From Candidatus Gottesmanbacteria bacterium UBA6580 (GTDB lineage: Bacteria; Patescibacteriota; Microgenomatia; UBA10105; UBA927), in contig DJJA01000003.1 in the NCBI GenBank assembly GCA_002433895.1, positions 175,788-239,787 of the forward strand: 64,000 nucleotides of DNA. Reading direction: 5' to 3'. The translations under genes and the position numbers were made by a program. Below are positions 9,824-18,021 of the stretch, piece by piece (position 1 is the first letter of the stretch; the number at the start of each line of letters is the position of its first letter). The notes beneath the pieces are model-generated. The model was not told the DNA's origin. It saw only the letters and a list, made by a program, of their open reading frames with translations, and did no database searches.

Positions 9824-10324
9824 TTATTCGCCAGCTTTCCGAATTGCTTCGAGGTCAAGCTTTTTCATCGGCATGAAAGCGGCGGTTACCGCCTCCGCTT
9901 TTTGCGGGTCGCGCATCATTTCATCTAATATTCTTGGGGTTACTTGCCATGTGACCCCGTATTTGTCGGTACACCATCCGCATTGCTCAGCTTCAGGAAC
10001 CGCGGAAAGTTTTTCCCAGAAAAAATCAATTTCTTCTTGTGTTTCACACTCAATAATAAATGAAGTTCCGCCATTTAACTTGAATTGGTCAACAGGGCCA
10101 CCATTAAGGAGCATAAAGCTTATCCCGTCTAGCTCGCATTCTACGGTTAAAATAGAACCCGCGGGTCTTCCTGAAACTTCTTCGCTTGCTTTGGGGGATT
10201 TCGTGATATCTCCCATTGATGCACTATGATTGCCGGGGGCGGCGTTGAATGTATCGATGTAGTATTTTGCGGCCTCTTCACCGTTGTTGTTCGCAAACCA
10301 GATGCAGGTAATGAGTTTACTCAT
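9824..10324 (-). CDS. VOC/PhnB-like protein
   Basis: KLITCIWF...EEAAKYY, LNGGP, CETQEEIDFFWEKL, CGWCTDKYGVTWQV. Confidence 0.88.
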   Translation of the reverse strand: MSKLITCIWFANNNGEEAAKYYIDTFNAAPGNHSASMGDITKSPKASEEVSGRPAGSILTVECELDGISFMLLNGGPVDQFKLNGGTSFIIECETQEEIDFFWEKLSAVPEAEQCGWCTDKYGVTWQVTPRILDEMMRDPQKAEAVTAAFMPMKKLDLEAIRKAGE

Positions 10325-10436
10325 TGTAATTATTCTAACAATTGTAAAAACCATTTTGCAACAGTGTTACTTTTCAGGTGCCAAAAGGGAAATCCGGTTC
10401 ACGGCGCTCTAATTCCCATTGTGGAGAAATATCTGC

Positions 10437-10832
10437 TTACCCTTTTGAAAATCCGAGATCGAGGAGCGTCCGGACCGCTTTTTCCGTGTGTTCAACTCTT
10501 ACCATAACGTAATCTTTTGAGTAGGTGGAAACTATAAGAATATTCATCCCTTCCTTTGCTATTGCCGAGCTGACTGCGGCGAGGAATCCGACAGAATAAA
10601 ACGGAACAGAAACTTTCAGTTCGATCAGGGAGTAGTCGTCTTTGTTTCTTTCAATGACGTCAAGACGGGTAAGATTTTCTTCTTTTGTAACGACGGTAAT
10701 TTCATCGGCATCCTTACTTACCAGAAAATGTTCATTAATCGGGGGTGCGGTACGCACCTTTGTATAAACGAACTTCCCCTCGTGAACAACAAAAGATGAA
10801 CTTTCGATAATCTTTTTTATGTCCTCATTCAT
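10437..10832 (-). CDS. ACT-domain protein
   Basis: DEITVV...VGFLAAVSSAIAKEGMNILIVSTYSKDYVMV. Confidence 0.8.
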   Translation of the reverse strand: MNEDIKKIIESSSFVVHEGKFVYTKVRTAPPINEHFLVSKDADEITVVTKEENLTRLDVIERNKDDYSLIELKVSVPFYSVGFLAAVSSAIAKEGMNILIVSTYSKDYVMVRVEHTEKAVRTLLDLGFSKG

Positions 10833-10924
10833 GTGGTTATTGTATCAGAAAATTTGACCGTTACCTCCGTGAGTATCGAAAAATGAAGCTCGTTCGAACG
10901 GATCGCTTATTGGGACAATGCCTG

Positions 10925-11611
10925 TTATTTAACGGCATTAATGACCACGTGTGAAGCGATTTTTGCTTCATCGAGCCAATTATTGCCCGACACCAAAGGA
11001 AAGGACATTGAAACGGAAAATCCTATTTTTTCTAACACATTCCGATAGTCATCTTCCATCCAAAAATAATCGTCGATAACAAAGCTCTCTTTTCCTTTCT
11101 TAATTGTGCAAGGCATCTTATCTCCGCTTTTAAGATTGTCATTTTTCGGGTATCCGTAACTTATGTAGTTGCAGCCCATCGCTTGAGAATTGTTTGTGAT
11201 AATAACAAACGACCCGCCCGGCTTAAGAACTCTGTGTACTTCCTGGGAGATTTGCCTCATTTCCTCAATGCTGCCGACCTCTACAAACACATGGGCGGCA
11301 ATTGCTACGTCAAAGGTGTTATCGGGAAAAGGAATCATTTTTTCGATTTTGATAAATTCCAACTTTGGGTTCGAAAGTTTTTTTGCTTGATCAATCATGC
11401 TTTGATTGTGATCAACGCCAACCACCCGAGAAGCCCCCATAGAAAGAAGAAGTTGTGCCGTTCGTCCGGCACCGGATCCAAAATCCAACGCCGTTTTGCC
11501 GCTTAAATCACCAAATATTTTTCTTGCCTCATTGAAACCCGATTCGTAGGTTGTGCCGGTGATACCTAATTTGCTATATGTTTCGGCGTTTTGATCGGAG
11601 TAGGTGTACAT
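10925..11611 (-). CDS. Class I SAM-dependent methyltransferase
   Basis: ALDFGSGAG, VGVD, PFPDNTFD, RVLKPGG. Confidence 0.9.
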   Translation of the reverse strand: MYTYSDQNAETYSKLGITGTTYESGFNEARKIFGDLSGKTALDFGSGAGRTAQLLLSMGASRVVGVDHNQSMIDQAKKLSNPKLEFIKIEKMIPFPDNTFDVAIAAHVFVEVGSIEEMRQISQEVHRVLKPGGSFVIITNNSQAMGCNYISYGYPKNDNLKSGDKMPCTIKKGKESFVIDDYFWMEDDYRNVLEKIGFSVSMSFPLVSGNNWLDEAKIASHVVINAVK

Positions 11612-11711
11612 GGATGTATTTTAGCAAACGTTTGAGTTCTGTATAGGATGTGGGTTAGCAGGTATTAGCATTGCTCCGGACAATGAATGACCGGTAATTA
11701 GCACGAGCGCG

Positions 11712-12371
11712 CTAATACAGTTGCCTGAGTGTAATAATATCCGGCAAAATTTGCTTTACTCCCAGTTTTTCAGCTTCACGCCTATTGAGGTGCCCGGTAA
11801 GCACAACAATTGGTTCCACCAGCGCGTTTTGTGCCATTTTCGCGTCATTTTCCGCGTCGCCGATATAGATAGTTTCACTTGGAGTACATTGTTGTGTTTT
11901 CATAATCTGTTCGAGCATGTAGGGGTCGGGCTTTGTTTTTTCAGGCGGCACATCATAAGCGGTGACTATCTGCGCAAACACGTCGGGGATATTGAATCGC
12001 GGAAATATTTTCTTTTTGAGCATGTCGGGATGGTTTCCGGTTGCCACCGCAAGGGTATATTTGCTGCTGAGGTAGGTAAGTAACTCATTTGCTCCGGGGA
12101 CCTCACGCAGTTCCCGGACAAATACATCTCCCCAAAATTTTTCTTCAAACAATTTGTTTGCTTGATTGAGCAAATCAGGTCTTTCAAGAAGTAGCTCCCT
12201 TAACTCTTCTTGATACGGTTGACCCCATCGGCGTTGTATCCGTTTATGCAGTTCGTCTTCAGGCAAAACGATATTAAGTGCATTTAGCGTTTCTCTATAG
12301 CACGCGTAATAACCCTCTTTTGAGCCGAGCGTCACCACATCGTCCCAGTCAAAAACAACAAGCTTTTTCAT
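11712..12371 (-). CDS. HAD-superfamily hydrolase
   Basis: VFDWDDVV motif I, KPDP, YIGDAEND. Confidence 0.9.
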   Translation of the reverse strand: MKKLVVFDWDDVVTLGSKEGYYACYRETLNALNIVLPEDELHKRIQRRWGQPYQEELRELLLERPDLLNQANKLFEEKFWGDVFVRELREVPGANELLTYLSSKYTLAVATGNHPDMLKKKIFPRFNIPDVFAQIVTAYDVPPEKTKPDPYMLEQIMKTQQCTPSETIYIGDAENDAKMAQNALVEPIVVLTGHLNRREAEKLGVKQILPDIITLRQLY

Positions 12372-12591
12372 GGAGAGAAGTATATCAGATTTGGATGTTT
12401 TACAAAGGTTACGCGAAATGAACGCTTCAATGTATTTGTCCTATGTAAAAAAGAAGTATTGTTATTTCATGGCCGGGTAGTTTGTCCGATATAAAGGCGA
12501 CTGTTAATTGCTTATTTTAAAATATCCGTATATATGAATGGCGGTTATTAGGAGCTTTATCGGAGCACGTCAAATCCGTATAATGGTACGC

Positions 12592-13224
12592 ATGTCTTTA
12601 CTGCAGGAGTTTGATAAACAAGTCCACAACTTAATTCAAAAGAGTTACCCCAAATTAGCCGGTATATCAGAAACTGAATTTATTAACCTTGTTGCGCCCC
12701 TAAAGACACACGTTGAAAAACTCGATGTACCAGATGGTGATTTTGAAATCGGGTATTTGCCTTTTGTCATTGTGATTAAAAGTGACGTGGTACCCACCGG
12801 TAAAGCAATGGCATTGGTGGAAAAGGATGGTAAAGCCGGAATAACAAAGCTTTTTCCCTACAAGCCAACCGATTTTCAGGTAATACCAGAAGTCGAGCTA
12901 CCCGGCGGCGGCGCTTATTTACTTATAGGAATTGATAGGGGTGGAGATACGATTAATGAGCCGCCCAGCGAAGCCATGAAAAAAATACGGGAAAAAGGCC
13001 GCACGCCCCTTACCATTGATGAGGGGGTAGCAATAATCACGCATTACCCTGAGTTTTTAATGAAGAATAACTGTTTTTCGCTTCTTGCCTCACGGCACGC
13101 AGGTGACCAAAGAGTCCCGGCGATCTGGATTAATGGGGCTAAACACCCTAATCTTGGCTGGTGCTGGAACGGGAATCCTCACACCTGGCTTGGGTCAGCG
13201 TCCTGCGGTAAGCGCACCGCCTGA
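12592..13224 (+). CDS. DUF5701-like conserved hypothetical protein
   Basis: EFDKQVHNL, GRTPLTIDEG, DQRVPAIWI...LGWCWNGNPHTWLGSASC; family name from recall. Confidence 0.7.
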   Translation: MSLLQEFDKQVHNLIQKSYPKLAGISETEFINLVAPLKTHVEKLDVPDGDFEIGYLPFVIVIKSDVVPTGKAMALVEKDGKAGITKLFPYKPTDFQVIPEVELPGGGAYLLIGIDRGGDTINEPPSEAMKKIREKGRTPLTIDEGVAIITHYPEFLMKNNCFSLLASRHAGDQRVPAIWINGAKHPNLGWCWNGNPHTWLGSASCGKRTA

Positions 13225-13248
13225 TCAAATCCGGCAACCAAGTACCGG

Positions 13249-14055
13249 TTACCTGGCGACATAGTAGTATTCAAACGGCGTAAGCGAAACATAAAACCAT
13301 AAAGGAATAAATGTGATGGGGAAGCTGTTCACGTAGGAGTTTCTTTGCGATTCATACAAGTACACCGCTTTTATTTTATTGATAACACCACGAAGTCCGA
13401 CCCAAATTTTGATCGTCGGATACACCCTTTTGTTTTTGAAATTTACATCTAACGCCATTTCTTCAGGCAGACTGACCGAGTCTAAGATGCGCCGCGGATA
13501 AGACGCGTACCACAATTGTATTGAAGGAAATTTTTTGGTTATTTCAGTGACCACTTCGGAAGTAACCACGTGATCCGGATGACCGTACAATCCGGCCTGA
13601 TCGTACGTAATGATCAGGTCAGGATTACTGCTGACGATAATTTCCTCTACTTCTTCCGTTAGTTTTTCTCTGTGTGCCGCTACGTCACCATCAGGGTACT
13701 CACGAAGAGCAAGCTTGCTCACACCATACACATCGGCTGCTTTTCGCGCCTCCCCGGACCGTATCTGTTTTAGCTTCTCATCTGTTTTCCCTTCGGGATT
13801 ACCTTTTTCGCCTTGGGTTAAAACAATCCACTGTATTTGAGCCTTTTCTTTGGCGAGGCGGGAGATTAGTCCGCCCGAGGTGAGCGCTTCGTCATCGGCG
13901 TGGGGGAACATTATCAGCACCTTTTGTAGGGAAGATAATTTTTCGTCCGCATAGGTAGGTACCGAAAAATCATTGGCATATATAAAACTACCTATCCACA
14001 ACGCCGCGACTGCCAGGATGAAAGAACTGAAGATGATAATAATGCGTTTTTTCAT
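13249..14055 (-). CDS. PIG-L family deacetylase, membrane-anchored
   Basis: PHADDE, LTQGEKG, GLYGHPDH. Confidence 0.9.
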   Translation of the reverse strand: MKKRIIIIFSSFILAVAALWIGSFIYANDFSVPTYADEKLSSLQKVLIMFPHADDEALTSGGLISRLAKEKAQIQWIVLTQGEKGNPEGKTDEKLKQIRSGEARKAADVYGVSKLALREYPDGDVAAHREKLTEEVEEIIVSSNPDLIITYDQAGLYGHPDHVVTSEVVTEITKKFPSIQLWYASYPRRILDSVSLPEEMALDVNFKNKRVYPTIKIWVGLRGVINKIKAVYLYESQRNSYVNSFPITFIPLWFYVSLTPFEYYYVAR

Positions 14056-14124
14056 ACCCTTCCCAGGTAGATTTTATCAGAAGTCCGCTGCGAATCACCG
14101 GGGTCTTGTCTCCAGAAGAATTAG

Positions 14125-14150
14125 AAAAAAACAACGACCCTTTCGGGTCA
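14125..14150 (-). terminator. Intrinsic terminator, probably the ancestral terminator of tRNA-Asn
   Basis: Minus strand GACCC-GAAA-GGGTC followed by a T run, about 12 nt past the GGAGCA att core. Confidence 0.7.
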
Positions 14151-14161
14151 TCACTTTTTGT

Positions 14162-14167
14162 TGCTCC
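14162..14167. repeat. att core copy 1 (TGCTCC), outer boundary of the tandem island region
   Basis: Identical to 27839-27844 at the tRNA-Asn 3' end; sequence becomes visibly more AT-rich from here; terminator on one side, integrase-tail-like frame on the other. Confidence 0.65.
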
Positions 14168-14309
14168 GCTCATCTAGGCTCATTTTACCAGCTATTGTAA
14201 TTAATCCTTTTGAGAATATTGCCTACATGAGAGAGTTAGAACAACGATAGGAGGAAATAAAAAGACATAACAGCTCAATTGTTGCCTCAGTAGGAGTATA
14301 ATTTAGATA

Positions 14310-15155
14310 ATGGTAAATATTAACGCACCAGGAATTGAATTTTTTGAGAGTTTCGCAAACGAGATTGAAAGCAAATTCCAACGCATAAAGACCCTTGTGC
14401 CTCATCGAGTTGCCTCTGGCAATTATCATGAGGAAATAATTAGAACTATATTGAGAAATTTTCTAACCAAGAGATATTCGGTTAAAACGGGTTTTATCTA
14501 TAAATCTAACAGCGAAATCAGCAGACAACTTGATATTCTAATCATTGATGAAGATTCTCCTGCCGCATATCTTTTTCAGGAGGGAGATTTTGCGATAGTA
14601 ATACCTGAAGCAGTCATGGCCGTCCTTGAAGTAAAAACAACGCTAAATGCTCCAGATTTCGATGAGGCTTTAGAAAATATCGCTTCTGCGAAAAAACTGA
14701 TGAGGTTCCCAGCTGCAGCAACGGGAATTATTTTTGGCTACGGTGGCACCTCCCCAACAGATAATAATCTTGATAGATGGTACAAAAGGGCGACCCCATC
14801 ATCTTTTAGTGAGAGTGAGAAAAATTTACTTGGACCAAATGCCGTCATGTTTTTTACTGCCGGCTGCTTGCTTGCTCGATACACAGAAGAAGGCAAATGG
14901 GAAAGTGGGGGCAAGTACTATCACAAGCTATTTAGAGACGATTCAGTTAAAAAATCTCCCAGCGATGTGGCATGGCAACTATCTGTCATACTAGCGATGA
15001 CAATTGCTGCTTGTGAAAATGGAGAGATGAGCAGAACTCATATGTTTCCCGCAGGCTATGCGGACAGGCTTATCCAAAGTGAGGGTGGTATGATTAGCCA
15101 TTCAAGATTTGCATTTGGAGAGGGCCTTTCAAGGAGAGAATATGCCTCTCGCTAG
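14310..15155 (+). CDS. DUF6602-like PD-(D/E)XK nuclease-domain protein
   Basis: GNYHEEIIRTILRNFL...TGFI...SRQLDILIID...IPEAVMAVLEVKTTL. Confidence 0.75.
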   Translation: MVNINAPGIEFFESFANEIESKFQRIKTLVPHRVASGNYHEEIIRTILRNFLTKRYSVKTGFIYKSNSEISRQLDILIIDEDSPAAYLFQEGDFAIVIPEAVMAVLEVKTTLNAPDFDEALENIASAKKLMRFPAAATGIIFGYGGTSPTDNNLDRWYKRATPSSFSESEKNLLGPNAVMFFTAGCLLARYTEEGKWESGGKYYHKLFRDDSVKKSPSDVAWQLSVILAMTIAACENGEMSRTHMFPAGYADRLIQSEGGMISHSRFAFGEGLSRREYASR

Positions 15156-15439
15156 TTACAGACATCCTTAATAACATTTATTAAGGAAATTATTGTTGCA
15201 ATAGTAGAGATTATTGTAAGCACTAATAACCATTTGTTGGTATTACTAGCTTGCCTTTCTAAACTTACTTGATGCATTGCTAATCGCTTAATCAAATGTT
15301 TAATAATATCCAGGTTCTGTTTTTCACCTGCCGGAGTTTTAGGTATAGTATTGGCCTCTCTAATAGCATCCTTTATAAGCTCATCTGATTTTTTGAATTT
15401 TTCTAGGTAGGCTTCTTTTTCGATGTCTTTTTCGTTCAT
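15152..15439 (-). CDS. Small coiled-coil protein with C-terminal TM helix
   Basis: MNEKDIEK start 4 nt after the upstream stop; terminal WLLVLTIISTIATIISLI. Confidence 0.55.
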   Translation of the reverse strand: MNEKDIEKEAYLEKFKKSDELIKDAIREANTIPKTPAGEKQNLDIIKHLIKRLAMHQVSLERQASNTNKWLLVLTIISTIATIISLINVIKDVCN

Positions 15440-15443
15440 ATAA

Positions 15444-15908
15444 TTATTTAATCCTGCAAATGTTGCATAAATATGGAAAAATGTTATCAATAAGTGTTAT
15501 CAAATATATTACTATAAATATCCAAATTACTATAAAAGACGCAATTTTTGTATTAATAAAAGCCTCGTTTTTGATTTTATGTATTAAACCTTCAACAAAG
15601 GGATTAATCTGATTTTTATGCCCATGCTTATCTTCAATTGTTCTTGCTAAATCAGTCCAAAACTTAGTCCACATAAAGCCTCTCTTTGTCATTTGAAGCC
15701 ATAGTAAACACAAAATTATTCCTAAAGGGGGAAGAATTTGTTTAACGAGAATTGGAACATTTGAGTTAGGGTTAAGCGTAAGACCAATTAAGGTCATAAA
15801 TATTGTATTTACAACAAGCATTGCATTGTAGCGCTCCCACTGGATTTGTGACTCAGCAATACGCATATTTATATAAGCTTCGTATTCAGACTTAGAGCTA
15901 TTTTTCAT
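15444..15908 (-). CDS. Three-TM membrane protein resembling the RipA/Rip1 octameric pore family
   Basis: EYEAYINM...WERYNAMLVVNTIF...GIILCLLW...LARTIE pattern plus terminal TM; family assignment by eye. Confidence 0.5.
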   Translation of the reverse strand: MKNSSKSEYEAYINMRIAESQIQWERYNAMLVVNTIFMTLIGLTLNPNSNVPILVKQILPPLGIILCLLWLQMTKRGFMWTKFWTDLARTIEDKHGHKNQINPFVEGLIHKIKNEAFINTKIASFIVIWIFIVIYLITLIDNIFPYLCNICRIK

Positions 15909-15920
15909 ATCAAAAACCAC

Positions 15921-15944
15921 AAAAAACCTGCATCGGGGCAGGTT
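15921..15944 (-). terminator. Intrinsic terminator next to att core copy 2
   Basis: Minus strand AACCTGC-CCCGAT-GCAGGTT followed by TTTT. Confidence 0.6.
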
Positions 15945-15959
15945 ATATTAAGGCCAGTT

Positions 15960-15966
15960 TGCTCCC
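15960..15966. repeat. att core copy 2 (TGCTCCC), distal junction of the intact element
   Basis: 7/7 identity with 27839-27845; TATTATA (15979-15985) is the inverse of TATAATA (27822-27828) across the reconstituted attP. Confidence 0.75.
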
Positions 15967-16153
15967 TAGCCCTAAGACTATTATACTGCCTAATTTTAAA
16001 GCTATTTTAACAGCGATTACTAACTCCGCTTATATGGGTGAGATGCGTGCTAGGTGGAACGAAATTAAAAAGTTACGCCAAGAACCAAAATTAGCACTAC
16101 AAGCTAGTATTTGAGGCTAAAGTTGGACAGATTGGACACATATAAAAAAGGCT

Positions 16154-16573
16154 ATGGCAAAACGAAGTGAAATTAAGGAACAACAGGAAAAGTTTATAGC
16201 TGAATTTAAAAGCCTACGCTCGGCCGGTAACGTGTTGGTTGCCTGTCAAACCCTAGGTTATGCGCGTAGCACTGTGTATCATTGGCGAATAATTGATGAG
16301 GGGTTTGCCCACCTTTGGGATGAAACGGTGCTTGATGGATTTGACATACGTGCCGATGAAGCTGAAAACGCCCTACGGTTAGCAATTACCAAAGACCGTA
16401 ATATCACTGCCATTATTTTTACCCTTAAAAACTTACGGCCAGACAGATATAGGGAAAGGTTTGACGTTGAGTATAAAGGTAAGATTGCAAACGAACTAAA
16501 GCAGAACTTTTTAGCTACTTTAAGTAGATTGGGGAAAAATGCTGATGAACAATTACGAAGGAAAAAAATATAG
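16154..16573 (+). CDS. Phage terminase small subunit-like HTH protein
   Basis: GNVLVACQTLGYARSTVYHWR..DEGFA..WDE...AIIFTLKNLRPDRYRER. Confidence 0.6.
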   Translation: MAKRSEIKEQQEKFIAEFKSLRSAGNVLVACQTLGYARSTVYHWRIIDEGFAHLWDETVLDGFDIRADEAENALRLAITKDRNITAIIFTLKNLRPDRYRERFDVEYKGKIANELKQNFLATLSRLGKNADEQLRRKKI

Positions 16574-16590
16574 CAACGAATATAGGACCC

Positions 16591-17184
16591 CTATTTTTTA
16601 GTAAACACTAATTTACCCCTTGTTTTCCTGTTTTCATCATTGGAGTAATATCCCTCAAGTTTCTTGTTATTTATTACATCTAAATATGTAAAACCCTCGT
16701 GCATACCACCAGATACTGAGTTAAGTAAGGTTTTTGAGCGAGCCTTACTCCGATAAGCATAAACTAAAAACCATTTACCATTTTCCTTTTGTTTGAGCCT
16801 AGCAAAATAACTTTCAAAGTCTGAACTATTGCCAAAGTCACCTTCAATGTATAAGGTTGAGTAGCTTTGAGTTATTGTAGCGATACCTGAGCCCTTTTTG
16901 CCATTATTAAATGTACTTTCATATTTTATTTGCCAACTACCAGTTAATACTGGGTACTCATAAAAACCGACTAGTTTACACAACAAAAATGCCAACCATT
17001 GTTCTTTCCAAAGCCATTTATCCCAAGCGTAATATAACCCATAAATTATGAAGCTCACAGTTCCAACTGACGCAATGAATGAAGCAATGCCATTTCCTAA
17101 AATCCCCCCTATCCATTTAGCTATAACTTGGATTAACGCAACTAATATTACGATTGAGGTGATGTATTTTTGTTGATCTTTCAT
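16591..17184 (-). CDS. cap15: CBASS Cap15-like effector (2 TM + beta-barrel)
   Basis: Two N-terminal TMs, WDKWLWK...PVLTGSW...ITQSYSTL...YAYRS...HEGFTYL...LEGYYSND..RKTRGKL; ATGA-coupled to the CD-NTase. Confidence 0.8.
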   Translation of the reverse strand: MKDQQKYITSIVILVALIQVIAKWIGGILGNGIASFIASVGTVSFIIYGLYYAWDKWLWKEQWLAFLLCKLVGFYEYPVLTGSWQIKYESTFNNGKKGSGIATITQSYSTLYIEGDFGNSSDFESYFARLKQKENGKWFLVYAYRSKARSKTLLNSVSGGMHEGFTYLDVINNKKLEGYYSNDENRKTRGKLVFTKK

Positions 17185-18020
17185 ATATTAAAAAATTGGC
17201 GAAAATAACTGTTTGCTAACGTTTCCGACGTTGCCCTTGCCGCGGCATTTAATTGTGGCAACTTATTGGCAATATGTTGCCTGAAGGCTATAAAACTTTG
17301 AGGAGACCATTCATTTTGTGAAATAACTATTTTATCCCCTGCAACAGTTGTGAATGTTGAAACGAAACTTTGACCAACCATATGGCTAAGTATGTTATTT
17401 AGCGAATACGCTAAGTCATTACCAAATGAATTGTCTGTATAGCTATAAACTAAACACTCAATATAAAAAGATGGGGCAATGTTTTTTAAGTTCCAATTAT
17501 TAACATAATTTTTCAACATTCTTACTAACTTTTTATAATTGTTGTTTGTACGCTGGTTTTTAGCTTGCCCGTTAGCAAGATGGGTCTTGGGATAGTTTCT
17601 TATGCTTTGAGCGATAATCAGTGGTTCCCTGTATTGATTAAGTTGAACAGCTGTGGACCTTATTGCAGGAACGATATCTGCTTGTTTGGTATTAAGGTTT
17701 ACTGTTAAACATTTATGACCAATTGTTACCATCCCCATATAGTTTTGATTTGCTTCCAGTTTATTTTTAATGTCATAAAAAAGGTTGCTCGGCTGACTTG
17801 AGCCTGTTAATAGGCTCATAAGTGGGTTATGAACGGCAACTATGTCAACATCGTTAATATCGGATATCGCTGTATCATTAGCGTAGCTTCCTTGCAAAAA
17901 AGTTTCGTAATTCGGTAAAAGTGCCCTAATGTTGTTGTGAAGGGAAGATATATCGGTCATTGTGGTTTGTGAAACCCCGCTTGAAACCTGACTAATTAAT
18001 CCTTGTGATACGTACGACAT
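17181..18020 (-). CDS. cdnE: CBASS CD-NTase (cGAS/DncV-like), CdnE-like
   Basis: FLQGSYANDTAI...DVDIV, ADIVPA, NYPKTH..NG..KN..T...YKKLVRMLKN, PSFYIECLVY. Confidence 0.85.
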   Translation of the reverse strand: MSYVSQGLISQVSSGVSQTTMTDISSLHNNIRALLPNYETFLQGSYANDTAISDINDVDIVAVHNPLMSLLTGSSQPSNLFYDIKNKLEANQNYMGMVTIGHKCLTVNLNTKQADIVPAIRSTAVQLNQYREPLIIAQSIRNYPKTHLANGQAKNQRTNNNYKKLVRMLKNYVNNWNLKNIAPSFYIECLVYSYTDNSFGNDLAYSLNNILSHMVGQSFVSTFTTVAGDKIVISQNEWSPQSFIAFRQHIANKLPQLNAAARATSETLANSYFRQFFNI

Positions 18021-18021
18021 A

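Larger units (their letters stand above)
14162..15966. mobile_element. Integrase-less remnant or mini island in tandem with the larger element
   Basis: Bounded by two TGCTCC cores; left end encodes a decayed integrase-tail homolog; right end GGTTATATTAA resembles the integrase-end arm GGTTATAATAA. Confidence 0.6.

Noticed and set aside
14248-14250. TAG read-through or alternative genetic code
   Set aside because: TAG, TGA and TAA all end ordinary genes in this window; a TGG-to-TAG nonsense mutation in a remnant is simpler.
16123-16138. TTGGACA direct repeat before the TerS-like gene as a pac site
   Set aside because: Two 7-mers are too little evidence.
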